Shown one piece after another: positions 12,461 through 24,664 of a stretch of DNA of 64,000 bases; the stretch's first letter is position 1; each line of letters opens with the position of its first letter. Below the pieces are notes generated by a model that did not search any database, was not told where the DNA came from, and worked only from the letters and a program-made list of their open reading frames with translations. Made by a program: the position numbers and the translations under genes. The stretch covers positions 186,001 to 250,000 of the forward strand of contig MU058009.1 in the NCBI GenBank assembly GCA_013265495.1, written 5' to 3'. The DNA comes from Vicugna vicugna (lineage: Eukaryota).

Positions 12461-14109
12461 ATGGGTGAAAGCTTGGGATCCCCAATCAGATCGCGGCAGG
12501 AGAATGGAAACGGCGGGCCCTTTGTTCCAAGATACCGAGTGAATTAAATAACAATCATACAGTGCCCTGGAAATCTGAGTCTTGCTATAAATAATAAACA
12601 GGGACGTTATTCAAATAACCAGCTTTGCAGCGCCAGTGGAAGAAAACGCATCAGTAAGAAAAATGAAGTAAGAAAAAACACACCCCAAAGCCCCAGCTAA
12701 CAAAATGACAGTATCAGCCAGCATCCCGGGGGCTCTGGCAGGCAGTAAAGGGACGGTCTCAGGAAGATGACTGTGGGCCTTGAGCGTGAATGCGGGGGGG
12801 TGGGGGCACAGGCAGACGGGGAGGGGCTCCTGCGTCACCAGAACTACTCTCTCCCGGGTCAGGTCCCCGGGCCACGTCCAGACCATTCTACTCTTGCTGC
12901 CCCGGCCTGAAAAAAGTGCAGCTTGTCCCACAGGCCAGCTCAATGGCCTCCCTTCAACCCCGGGTACAGCTGACATTTGCCCGAATTCGTTCTCAGGGGA
13001 CAGATAGAAAAAGACACATATCCGTCTTCTGAGGCTGCTGAATTTCCTAGTGCTGGCTCCTTTGGTGACCAAGTGTTTAAAGTCATGGGATAGGGGGTGA
13101 GAACAGAGTGTGGCAGGGAATTGAGAGCCAGGATGGGTTTTTGAATCATCGCATTTCAAAGGCTTACAGATGACAGCATCCAACGTTGTCCGTTGTGGCC
13201 CCTCCACTACACATGCTGATGGGGCACCTGGGCTCCTTATCAGCTCTGGGGGGACGGGGGACAGGCCAGAAGCAGTGGACCTTTTGGACTCATTCTTACG
13301 GATCAGGAAGAGGGGTACAGAAAGAGAGAGTGGGCTCCCCCGCCATCCCAAGAACTCTGAGCTGCTCAAGATGCCTGATCTCATCCTCAAGGCTCTGTCT
13401 CCCCCACAGGCTGAGAGGTGAGGATGTTCACACGCAGAGCCTGGTCCAGGACCACGGCGCCCTCTGGGGCTGTGGGGCAGCCGGAGCCCAGGGTGGGGCC
13501 AGCTGCCTTCTCCTTCCCAGACACTCCAGCCCCTCCCACAGTGGCTCGGTCTCCAGTGAACAGAAGCTGCCTTTGCTAATCACTTGCATTTGTTTCTTCC
13601 TGGGAAGATGAAAGCGACAGTGCTTGGAGGCATATCTGCTCTCCCTTCACTGTGCTGGGGGAAGCAGCCGGTCACTGTGATTCTGAAGGTCTGGGAAATT
13701 TGCCGCCCACCAGATGTGCAGCCCGAGAAGGTGCCGCTGTTGGAGGATGGAGAGCTTCATGGGTGGGCCCACCTCGTCCTCCAAGGGACACCTGGGAAGG
13801 GAGGCCAGGCTTTGCTGCCTCCTCTCTCCTGCCTTGAACATCCTCTTCCTCACTCCCTGCCATTTCCCCGCGTTACCCTTCTCAAGAGTCCTAGGGCCTC
13901 ATAGACTTTTCCGGTTCCATAGAAGGGTGTTCCCTGGCCTGTGTCCCCCTCCCCACCTCTTTCCTGATTTTCTCCCACATCAGGTTGAGCCTCTCCTGTG
14001 TTCTGTGCACCCACTTTCCTCCCCGCCCCTCCCACTTTCTCTGTATTTTCAAGTCAAAGTGTTAGGGGCTCCCCCTCTGATCATGGTCTCAGCCTCCTCT
14101 TTCTAAATT

Positions 14110-14260
14110 CTAAGAGCACTGGACTGGGTGTCAGGAGACCTGGGTTGTGGTCCTGGCTCTTCCAGCAACTTCTTATTTACCCTGGGCAAGTCCCTCGATG
14201 GCCCTGGGTGTCCTTGGGTTGATGGATTGCACCATAGTTGTAAGGTTGCTTATGGCTCTA
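14110..14260 (+). mobile_element. MIR (MIR3/MIRc-like) SINE fragment
   Basis: 'agagcactggactgggtgtcaggagacctgggtt...cctgggcaagtccctc'. Confidence 0.65.
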
Positions 14261-14449
14261 ACATAGAAGAGTATTGTGCTTTCTGAGAGGCAGGCAGAGC
14301 CCCTCATCTGAGACCATGTGAGAGCTTCCTATCCTGCCAGTGGGCAGGATCAGCCCTGGGCTAGCAATGTGGGCTCGGCAGGTCAGTCGTTCTGCGCTCC
14401 CCAGGAGAAATGGGTAACTGGGGAAGGACGAGAGAAGGAAAGGGAATGG

Positions 14450-14451
<2 letters not shown>

Positions 14452-14484
<33 letters not shown>
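14452..14484. repeat. (GT)16 microsatellite
   Basis: Perfect GT dinucleotide run read directly. Confidence 0.98.
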
Positions 14485-14487
<3 letters not shown>

Positions 14488-14884
14488 GGTTGTGTGGGGA
14501 GGGGACCGTGAAAGCAATTCCCCTTGCAGATCTGATTGGAGACACCTGCCTAGGGATGCCCTAGGTGAGAAGGTGGCCCACTTGTAGGAGGAGTGAGAAA
14601 GAAAGGCAGGTGGGGACAGGATGGACACCACCCCTGGTGGCCTCCACTCCTAGTCCTCCCACTCTGTTACCCTGCCCGGGTCCTGGCCTCCCAGGAGGGA
14701 CTGTGGAACTGGAAGCAGAGGAGAGGCTGAGAGGCAAGGCTTATGGAATTGCTGGGATGTGGAGACTCATGCTGTACGTCAGGGTGCTCTGCTGGCTGGG
14801 CGCCTTCTCAAGATGCACCTTACACCTGTGGGTGACTTTGTGCATTCCTCTGTTGTCACTCGTCATGCTACTTAATTACTTACA

Positions 14885-15140
14885 TTAGAATTGATTGATT
14901 GCTCCCTATGTGCAAGACCCTGGCCTAAGTCCCCAGGATTAGGAGGAAAGGAGGGAGCAGGGTCTTTGCCTCCCTGAAGGTAACTCTGAGGTGGGACAGT
15001 CTAGTAAGCAAATAATCACCAGTTAGGGGAAGTGCCACAAAGAAAATAGGCTGGCTGTCACAATGGAGCACACTGGTGGAGGAAGAGGGGTCTCTAATTT
15101 AGGTGAAGTGGTCGGGTACAGTGTCCCTGTGGACACTGAG
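14885..15140 (-). mobile_element. L2 LINE 3' fragment
   Basis: 'gattgattgctccctatgtgcaagaccctgg...gtctttgcctccctgaagg...gtaagcaaataatcac'. Confidence 0.55.
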
Positions 15141-15159
15141 ACGCACCTGTGTGTTTTTA

Positions 15160-15300
15160 TTGGGAGCTTGAGGGCAGGAGCTACGTCTTAGTTACTTTAA
15201 AGCTCCCGTGCCTAGAACAGTGGCTGGCATTTATTATGAAAAATGGGTATTATTTTTACAGTGCGTATTCATTGACTGTTTGATGAATACATAAATGATC
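15160..15300 (+). mobile_element. L2 3' tail fragment
   Basis: 'gagcttgagggcaggagctacgtct...gtgcctagaacagtggctggcat...gatgaatacataaatga'. Confidence 0.55.
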
Positions 15301-15539
15301 TCCTTCCAGCAGGTTCTACTTAAAGCACCCATGTACTTAATCACATGAAGACAATTGTGTCAAGCAAATCGGATATTCTGATGCCTAGTCTGTCTTTATT
15401 TGCTCCTTTCTTGTCTATCCTTCATTAATTTGGGTTCATATCTCCATTGGATGCCTCAGATGTGTTGAGTCCAAACAGGAAAGAACACATGCACACACCC
15501 CCACCCCCCGTATTACCAGCCACCGCCATTCCTGCAAAT

Positions 15540-16300
15540 GCTGCAGATTTTAGCAGAGAAGCTATTACGTGCTTCCAAATAGAGCAAACCTCTCACTGAC
15601 TATCACATGCCTCCTTAAATGATCTTTGAACAGTGTTTTCTTTTCATTGCTTTGTGTAGTTTAACAGCATCAATTGTGATTACTCTAGCTTATGATAAAC
15701 CCCAGATCCATAAAGTTGTTCATTCATTATTTTTCTCTTGTTTCTTCCCAAGCTGTTATTTTGGGGGGCATGTAGTGAGGTGGGGAGAGTGGAGGGAAAA
15801 GAAAATAAAAACACACCACATTAACAAGGAAACAAATGAAATAGGGGACCACTTCTCCCCGGGTGACAGACACCCTGCTAGACACTGTTAAACCGAACAA
15901 ATATGCTTTAATACAGCACAATAGGTCTTTTATGTTTATTCTGATTTGGAACTATAATGATCACCACCTTATCTTTAATGGAAGAGGCAGCTAATTGTTC
16001 CAATATCTCACTAATTCCAGCATCTGGGAGAAAAAAATGTATATATTTTTTACTGTTTTACCGATTATTCAGTTTATACCAAGGTGTACAGTGCAGCATG
16101 GACAGAGATTTCTGTTTCTTGATCTATGTCATAGCTGCTGTTCCAGTTCAATTATTAATATGTGGAAGTTATAATTATTTTGAGTATTGGTACAAGATAA
16201 TTATAAACCATAAAACAGCTCTCCATGCAGATGCTCTTTCTTATCTGCAGGCATGTTGGAGTTTGGGCATGTGAGCATTAGAAATAGAAAAAAATGTATA
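15540..16300. promoter_or_regulatory. Candidate conserved non-coding element (AT-rich, repeat-free island)
   Basis: About 760 bp of unique AT-rich sequence in GC-rich surroundings, with no repeat signature; conservation not tested. Confidence 0.35.
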
Positions 16301-17142
16301 ATGTGGTGCTTCGGGTAGCAAGACTGGCTGGGGTGGGAGCCGAGGAGCCTTCCACTCCCCGCCAGGCCCCTTCCTCCTTTCCTCCTCATGCCTTCCACCC
16401 CTCCAGAACCAAAGCCGACCCACCTCCTGCACCTCTCCTTCTACCCCACTCATCCACCTCCCATCTTGTCTCCTCTTTGTTAGTTGAGAGTTGCAACTCC
16501 TCACATATGGTGGTTTAACTTGCTTACCAGCCCCTTATCTCCTTGTTTATCCAGAAGGAGAAGCAGCTACTCTGTGTGTGGTTGTGTGTGAGCATGAATG
16601 TGTGTCACTGCATTTGGAAGGGGTGAGAAGCACATGCAGAGAGGAAGGCAGGGGTGGGGGGTTAGCTGCTCTGTTGCCTCCTGGCCATTACTATGCCTCT
16701 GTTGCCTCCCTCTTTCTGAATACCTTGCTTGATTCTCAATTTGTCTTCACTGGGGGAGGGTATAGGTTGGGGTAAGGCACCTGGGAGCTCTCATTCCTAA
16801 CTGAGTTGACCACAATCAGTTGAAAGGAATAACCCATTTGTATGGATTGTGTGTGTTTGAAGAGGGGGCTTAGAGAGAAGAGGCACCTTCCTTTTTAAAC
16901 AAGAAAGAACTATTGAAAAGTTGTTGTACAAAGTAAGGCTGAGTGTCCTCAGAGGTAACCAGGTCCTGGTCTTGTTTCCAAATTCTCTTCTAGTCCTCCT
17001 GGACTTTCTTCCTCCCTTCTTTACTTAAACAATGTCTAAGGAGATATTAAGGCTTCACTTATTTTTCTTACTATTTTCCTAACCTCTGATTCAGAGTATT
17101 GCCACTGTACCTTTCTGCTGTGGCCAGTGTATTTAGACTCCT

Positions 17143-17498
17143 TGTTATGGTCTGAATTATGTCCACCCTCCATTTCTATGTTGAAGTCCCAACCCCTAAT
17201 TGTGACCATATTTGGAGATAGGGCCTTTAAGTGTTAAGGTTAAATAGTCCTAAGGGTAGAACCTTGATCTGATAGGCTTCATGTCTTTATAAGAAGAGAC
17301 ACCAGTGAACTTGCTCTCTCTGCTATGTGAGGACTCAGTGAGAAGGTTGCTGTCTGCAAACCAGGAAGAGAGCCCTCACCAGAACCTGACCATGCAGGCA
17401 CTCTGATCTTGGACTTCCAGGACCATGAGAAAAAAAATTTCTCTGTTTAAGCCACCCAGTCTGTGGTATTTTGTTATGGCCCAGGCTGACTGGATACC
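17143..17498 (+). mobile_element. MLT1A/B-type MaLR solo LTR
   Basis: Starts 'tgttatggtctgaatt', contains 'atgtgaggactcagtgagaagg...ccctcaccagaacc...tttaagccacccagtctgtggtattttgttatgg'; flanked by a 5-bp TSD with one mismatch (CTCCT 17138-17142 / CTCTT 17499-17503). Confidence 0.85.
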
Positions 17499-17731
17499 CT
17501 CTTAGCCATTTGTGAAAGGTAGGGGGAGTCAACGTGTCCATCAGCCTCGTGAAAAGTAAGACTCTTTTTAGGCCCCAAGATCTGGAGTAAGCATCCTTCT
17601 ACTGGGGTCAGACACTAGAAGCTTGAGCTTTTGAATCCAGACCAGCTGCTGACTTTTTGGAGCTTCCCCCAATCCGTGTGAACCTCATTTCAGCTTCTCT
17701 AATGAGCATTGCCAGCAAGAGAATGTGTCTA

Positions 17732-17752
17732 TTCAGCACCAAGGACAGAGGC
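17732..17752 (+). promoter_or_regulatory. Canonical REST/NRSF binding element (RE1/NRSE)
   Basis: TTCAGCACCAAGGACAGAGGC matches consensus TTCAGCACCA(C/T)GGACAGCGCC at 18/21 positions; both half-sites (TCAGCACC, GGACAG) are perfect with the canonical 2-bp spacer. Confidence 0.8.
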
Positions 17753-19279
17753 ATGCTGTCAGTTTCCACAAATTAGAAGTTACTGCTGAGCACTCGCAAG
17801 AAGGTGGTGGCGGAAAGGGAGGGGGTAGGCTGAGAAAGAAAAGTCAGGATGGGAGGCTGACTGGCAGGATGCAGAAAATGCAGCCCTCAACCCTGGCTGT
17901 GCTTAGCCATGGGGTTACTACAAATAGGAAGTGGCTTCTTGATGCTGTTGCCTTCTTACACAGGCAGGCAGCAAAATGGGGAAGGCAATACTCCTTGCGT
18001 TTAATTGTGCTGCCCTAACTGTTGTCAGACTGTCACCATGATGGGTGCTGGCAACAAGCTTATAGTTGGTGAGGCGTTAGGTCTGGGGAGCACATGGAGG
18101 TGTGGGTGTCCTGAACTGCAGGCTGGGAAGAGAGCCGGCAGAGAAGCATAGAAAGAGGGCACTGGAGCCATGCTATGGTCTAACTCTGGGGGTTGAGATG
18201 GTACAGGTGAGCTGCCTTTTCCATGCCTGGAATGGAAATGAGGCTACGAGGGCCTTGGGCCTTGGGAGGGGAGGGGCTCGGCTCACCGCAAGCTGGGCTG
18301 GTGGGAAGCCAGGGCTTCATTTGTCTGACTTTAATGAATAAATGGCATCCCCAGCCATTGTTTATCTACTGTTGAATCCTGACAAACAGTCTGTGGCATC
18401 TGATGGAGAGGGTTATTAGCTGCACAGAGACAGATGGCTGGGGATGAGGGGATTGGCTCTTTATTACAGCAGGCCCATAAGTGACAGCCCCCCTTCCACA
18501 CCCCAGCCTGCATGTCAATGTCAATACCTTCCCCCAGCCTTCTGTGACCCAGTCAAGCCTCGGAGGAAAGACCCAGAACTAGAGGAAGGCAGAACGGCCT
18601 ATGAGGAAGAGGGCGAGGTAGGGCCAATGGAGTTGGAAAAGAGGGCAGGTTTCCAAGTGGAAGTTCTGTAAGAATAAAAGCTCTGCCTTATTCTTCTTCA
18701 GTGTCCTCCCAAGTGCCCTGTGAGGTGCTATTTATTCAATAAGCACTCAAGAAATGTGAATGATTAAAGAGAAAGGCAGAGAGGTCTGAATTAGAAAAAA
18801 AAATAGAAGCAAGTTTAATTGCACTGGGTGGGTAGGTGAGGAACAAAAGGCAGGGAAGAGAGAGAAGTCGGGGTACAAAAGGAGGAGGGAGGGTGGCATA
18901 AGGGAAAATGCTCATGAATCAGGCATGAGCTACCCTTCCCCACATTCTTGCATGAACAGCTGCATCAAAACCAAACTGCTCTGTCCACTGTCCGTTCTGA
19001 GATGCCCCAGGGTCTCTTCCCTGATACCATAGTTGTGCAGCGTGGCTCCTTCCCTCCCCACTGCCCCTGAGAGTGTGGGCGGGTTCTCACTTACCTTCAT
19101 TCATTCTCCGAAACTTGTCCTTGGCCATGTAGCCCAGCACCAGACAGCATCCTCTCTTCTGGAGGCCCAGCTCTGGAAGGAAAGCATACTGGGGTGAGCT
19201 GGGAATAGGTCAGGTGTCAGTGAAGGTCCCTTTGTAAGGGATGTGAAGCTTGTTCCTCCTATAAAAGGGCTACTTAGTT

Positions 19280-19520
19280 ATTTAATAAACATTTAGAAAG
19301 CACTTACTATGGTCCAGGCATAATAGCAGGCCAATAATTCCACATTTGATTCTCACAACCTTATGAGGTATATACCATTGTTATCCCCATTTTATATTAT
19401 CTCCTGTACGGACATATTAAGTAGGCAGCCTCAGCTGAAAGAGCTAGTAGATGATGGAGCCAAGAGTTTGAACCCAGGCAGTCTGAATCCACAGCCCATG
19501 CTCATAACCATTACTCTCTA
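19280..19520 (-). mobile_element. Near full-length MIR SINE
   Basis: 'aaagcacttactatggtccaggc...ctcacaaccttatgagg...ccccatttta...tttgaacccaggcagtctgaatccacagccc'. Confidence 0.8.
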
Positions 19521-20029
19521 GGTTAACGAGGCCCTATATATCCCAGAATTGTGATCAGGCCCAGAGAAGAGGCAGGGTCCAGCCAGTGGTGTCCAGGATG
19601 GAGCAGTACAACCAGACAGTGGGTGAAGAAGTGATTGGGTGAATCTGGGGGAAGACACAGGGGCCACGGTACAGGTAGAGAGTGAATTTCCAGGACTGGG
19701 GATCTCTGTGCATCCTTATATTCAGGCACAATTCAGCATCATCATTAGGCCCTTACGGGGTGCAGACTCAGTGTGGAACACAGGAGTTGGGACAGCTAAG
19801 GGACATAAGACTTAGACTCTGGTCCCTCAAGACTTTGACCCAATGGAAAAGCAAGTTAGAATGACAATTCTAGGTAGCAAACGCAAGAGAGCATTTTCCC
19901 CCCCGGGGATATTTTGTAAATCAGTGCCCATTGTGTGTGAGCATTGGACTGGAGTTTCTCGGCCAGCCAAGGTTCCCTCTCTGCTATTTCTCCTTCACTC
20001 CTGATTTGTTTTAAGCATTTTATGGGTTC

Positions 20030-20155
20030 TGAAGCAATAAAACCACACCAAGTTTCTCTTTTGACCCTCACAACCACCGCATGGGGTAGGCAGATCGGTT
20101 ATTACTATTCATATTATGCAGATGAGAAAATTGAAGTTCAAAGATGTTAAACGAC
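20030..20155 (-). mobile_element. MIR SINE fragment
   Basis: 'ctcacaaccaccgcatggggtagg...attatgcagatgagaaaattgaagttcaaagatgttaaacgactgccc'. Confidence 0.65.
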
Positions 20156-20818
20156 TGCCCGTGATTATTTTAGACTCCCTGTCCCCACGTCTTTGCTTTG
20201 AAGTCATACAAATGTGGCAGCTGCCAAAAACTGGGTAAATGGATATGACTTCTGGGGGAAGTGACTGCCGCTCCTCCCCGGCTTTGCCAGCTTTCCAGGC
20301 GCCCAGCTGCTCCCTCCATCGGTTTCTTAGAGAAGGAGGGTCCCACTGAATGGTGTTTCACAGTAGCTTCTCCCACGACCCTGGGTGTTTCTCGGAGCCC
20401 CAGCCAGTCGGCATCCAGGCTGTGAGTGTAGAGGGGTGGGCTCATTCTCCTCCCGACCTCCCCACCCACCACTTGTTGCCCAGGCCCAGCCTCTGCGGGC
20501 AGCAGGATGAAAGGGCCCAAGAGACCCAGATAAGCCAAGCTTGGGGGTTCTTGCCCAGAGATAAACAAAGCGTGGTGGACGGTGGCAGAATGCCATGGCC
20601 CAGGGAGGTTGCCGGCTTTGATCTTCTGATTCTTTAAAGGGGTTTATTGACTATCAGTAAAGAGCAGAGAAGCAGATCTGAGCGTGCCTTTTCCAAAGGC
20701 ACTCACTTCTCTTCCTCTCCCTCCACGCTCGCTCGCTTGTCTGAAGGCACAGCCAAACCGCCCTCACTTCAAACAGCCTTACATCTCAGGCGCCCAAATT
20801 GGCGATGTTAAGTTCCCT

Positions 20819-20958
20819 NNNNNNNNNNNNNNNNNNNNNNNNNNNNNNNNNNNNNNNNNNNNNNNNNNNNNNNNNNNNNNNNNNNNNNNNNNNNNNNNNN
20901 NNNNNNNNNNNNNNNNNNNNNNNNNNNNNNNNNNNNNNNNNNNNNNNNNNNNNNNNNN
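20819..20958. other. Assembly gap (140 N)
   Basis: Run of N. Confidence 1.
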
Positions 20959-20959
20959 G

Positions 20960-21230
20960 GAGGGAGCCAGCGGAAGCTCAAGCTGCGAGGAGGCGCTGAG
21001 CTCCAGCAAACAATAGCCTCTTGCCTGTTCTGTATTGAAACCTCAACATGCTGACGACAGGCCGCGTTAACCAGCCCATCGTAATTGCACGCGTATTGTT
21101 CATCCTCAGAGCGATACAATTGCTGATGATTCCTATTACATTTTCCGATGCCTTCTTATGCCCATCTGAGGCCCATCAGCAGCGGCTCCTAATGAGAAAG
21201 GGAGCTTGGGTTCTCGCACTGAGCCCAGGG
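20960..21230. promoter_or_regulatory. Candidate conserved non-coding element (CpG-retaining unique island)
   Basis: Unique sequence with many CpGs, GCAAACAATAG (Fox/Sox-like) and TAATTGCA motifs; conservation not tested. Confidence 0.3.
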
Positions 21231-22889
21231 GAGCACTGAAGAGTTGGGGCAGAAAGGATGCTGGATGGATTTCCTGCTGAGCTTCCTGCACAGTCCCCTA
21301 AACGCTCAGGAAAATGGAGGGGGCATGACTCTCCTAAAGATTTAGAGACTAGACAACCTGTTGACTCTCTGTTATCTACATTGGCTGTCTCAGTCACCCC
21401 AACCCCCTCCTCCCCACCCTACGTCACATAATGAGCCCCCCAGGGGGCTTGCCCAAGGAAAGAGGCTACACGTCCTCACAGTTATTGCAAGAAAGAGTCT
21501 TATGGACCATGTTTGATTTTTGCAAATGAGCAGGAAGAGAGGTTTTTTTTTCTTTTTAAAAAAACTGATTAATAAAAGAAGTGGAGGACGAGGCAATCTC
21601 TCAATGTATTTGGCTCATTTAATTTGACATGTGTGGGTTAGTCTTAATTATTTAGGTGGCTGCATTACAAGGCACTAATAAGCAAACTGCAGAAATTTAT
21701 TAAGTGAGAGGCTCTCTAAGCCTTTACTGAGAAGTGGGGAGAAGCCACTGGGATCTTTGCAAGGAAGAGCAGGTTGGGGGGTTAGTGAAATGAGGATTAG
21801 CTAGCTCTCCATATAGGAAAATTTGGGGTGTTCTTAGGAGAGATTCTCAGCTAAATTAGAGGTCCCTGGGTCCACACGAGGAAGCGTGCCAGGGGCTGAA
21901 GTGGGGGAGGGCAGGAGAATCTGCAAACACAGGTGGGGAAGACAGTGCTGTCAAACATACTGACCAGAGAGAAACTGGGGGGAGCAGGAACTAGTAGTTT
22001 AGACTTGGGAAAACTCCCCTCAGCCAGATCAACCGGGCTACCAGGGGAGAGATGATGTGATGGAAAGAACAAGAATCCTTCATTCGGGAGCTAGACCAGC
22101 CACCAGACTGCCACCTCTCTTGTCACACTGCACGGGACCGAGGGTGGAATCAGGTCCCAGATACCCATTCGAGAACAGCAGGGTGATGCGGTCTTCTCCA
22201 CGTAGACGCTGGGGCTGCAGCCTTCGGCTGAGCATGAATCCCTAGCAGGACCACCAGACGCACCGAAGTCACCCGTGGAAGACACTAACATGAATGGAGT
22301 CAGCCTGGCTTAAGGGACAGTTCACAGCCAAGAAGGCTAAGGTTACCTGTGAGGGGGGTGTGAGGGCACTGTCTGAGGAGAACAGAGGTTAGGAAGCGCT
22401 TCCTGGGAAGGGCTATGTTTCTCAGGGAGAAGGCCACTTTGCGCCAGGACTCCTGGCCTCTAGACTGGGAGCAACAGAAGGGTGAGGCTGATGCCTTTTT
22501 GGGCTCAGAGACCCTCGTCCCAAGCACAGCACCTGGCGCGTGGTGAGTGAGCAGGTCAAGTCTGACTTAATAGACGGGGCCAACTGGAAAATGCTGGGTG
22601 ACAATCAGTTCTCCTCTATTCAGGCCAGAAAGAAACCTGGGGGCTTAGACGTGGCACAGTGGGTGGGTTAGGTGAGGACGGTGTGGAGTGAACCAACGCT
22701 GTAATTCATCTGAACTGGAGTCTGGGAACTGTGAGGTTTCCTCTTGGGAGGAATAAAAAGGGATGGCTTCATAAACGGAACGGTTTTCCTTCAGTCTCAG
22801 AGGGTGAGGGTGGGCTTATTCTAGCCTAAGGATTCCTGTCTTCTTACTAGAAATCATACTGATAGTACAGTGATGTTACCCCACTTTTG

Positions 22890-23100
22890 TGGGGTGCTTA
22901 GTTTTTCATGAGGCTATTATATTCACCATCTTATCGGATGTTCACAGAAGCTCTGAGAAGTAGGTAAAGCAGGAATGGTCTCCTCCATTTTGGTTTCAGA
23001 AACCAGCTCAGAGAAATAAAGTAACTATGATTCAAGGGCAAAGAGCAGCTGGTGACGGCGCTCGGGCCGGAACCCAGGTCCGATCGCTGACTTAGTTCTT
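22890..23100 (-). mobile_element. MIR SINE fragment
   Basis: 'tcacagaagctctgagaagtagg...tctcctccattttggtttcagaaaccagctcagagaaataaagtaact...gaacccaggtcc'. Confidence 0.6.
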
Positions 23101-23170
23101 AGGGTGAGTTCTGGGATCCCAGGGCTGCTGATGCTGTGACTCAAAACAGACAGAGAAGAGACAGCAGAGA

Positions 23171-23562
23171 TGGGGTGGACTGTGTTCCCCAAAATCCGAT
23201 CTTGAAGCCCTAATCCCAGTACCTTAGAATGTGCCTTTATTTGGAGACAGAGACTTAAGTTAAGGTCGTCAAGTTAAAATGGTCACTGGGGGGCTCTAAT
23301 CCAGTGTGACTGGTGTCCTCATGAAAAGGGGAAATTTAGGACAGACACACATACAGGGACAATGCCAACGAACATGGGGACGGCCATCGACAAGCCAAGG
23401 AGGGAGGCCTTGAGCAGACCCTTTCCTCACACCCCTCAGAAGGAGCCAACCCTGCCAACACCTTTTCTGGACTACTAGCTTCCAGAACTGAGAGACAATA
23501 CATTTCTGAGCTTTCAGCCACCGCGTTTGTGGCACTTTGTCATGGCATCCCTGGCTAATACA
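23171..23562 (+). mobile_element. MLT1B/C-type MaLR solo LTR
   Basis: 'ccctaatcccagtaccttagaatgtg...ctctaatccagtgtgactggtgtcctcat...ggccatcgacaagccaagg...gccaaccctgccaacacc...ctaataca' follows MLT1B. Confidence 0.85.
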
Positions 23563-24664
23563 GACAGGAAGGGCAGAGAAACTGGTCTTCTGTAGGACCT
23601 GGCTGTTTCCACTGGCTGAGACTCTTTGACTCCCATCTCTTGGTCCCAGGGGATGCAGGGAGCAGCATCACATGGCCACTCAAAAGGCTCGTCAGAGGCA
23701 CCAACCGACTGGAGAGCAGTCGGTAGGGCTGCTAAGAAGGGACAGTGGGGGTGGTGGCACAAGACGTGATGGGAAAGAAGGGAGGTGAGGGGGACTGGCT
23801 GTGTGACTTGATGGCAATTCAGGAGGACTTGAGCAGTCCTGCCACTGGCAGGAGGCTGATGTTGGCCAGGAGAGTGCTTGCTTATTGCTCGAGCCAGAAA
23901 CTCCTGAGCTCCGAAGTAACCATGGACAGAGCTGGTGACAACGGACAGGTACCAGGTCCTGCTGTCTCACCATTCCTGAGGCTTTTCAGCACACTGGGGT
24001 GCCCTCCTGTCCCCAGGGTGCCCAGTCACAATGGTTCAGGATGCTTGCTGAGAACTAACCCTTTACCACCTGAAGCTATTAAATTCCACCATGTCCCCAG
24101 AAGCCTACTGAACAAGAAATAGAGTGTGACGGGCTGGCAGTTTGGTGTGGCTGCAGCAAAGATTTCGGGAGCAGAGAATGTGAGATGAGGCAGGAGATGG
24201 GGCCAGGGATCAGATTCTGGGGGAACCTGGTGAGCCTTGCCAGGAGTCTGGACGTTTCCTACAGAGCGCTTAGCAGAAGACAGACAGGCCAGACTTGCAT
24301 CTTATAAAGATCATCAGTGCTGGTACAGGTGACGGACGGGAGAAGGTACTCCCAGACAGCCGAGTACAGCTGGGAGACTATGGCAACACTCCTGGTGAGA
24401 GGTGAGGGGTAGATGTCTGTTCCCTCTTCCTGCCTTCCCGAGACAGCCTGAGATGAGAAAGCAGGTGAAAGGACCCTGGGCTTCTCAGGGGAACATTCAG
24501 AGCCTCCATATCCCCACTGCCTTGACACAGGAGATCAGTGCAAAGGTGTTAAACAGCCCCCTAGATGGTCCCAGAAAGCAGATGGAGAAGATGTCAGCGG
24601 GACCTGGCTGGAGCATGGGGGTGCCATGAGGGGCAGGGGACGCCATGTGTGCTTCAAAACTATC

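Noticed and set aside
12611-13390. 259-aa ORF (-)
   Set aside because: TTG start, no recognisable homology or domain; stop-free runs of this length occur by chance at this GC content
13457-13470. CTCF-like motifs (GCCCCAGAGGGCGC on minus here; also near 14626, 59835 and 63242)
   Set aside because: Each misses one or more conserved positions, so none can be distinguished from background in GC-rich DNA without ChIP data
16753-16766. GGGGAGGGTATAG, matching the recalled 5' end of the camelid SINE
   Set aside because: No tRNA body, B box or A-tail follows; probably coincidence
19260-19267. Perfect TATAAAAG box
   Set aside because: Isolated and immediately upstream of a MIR; one or two such hits are expected by chance in 64 kb
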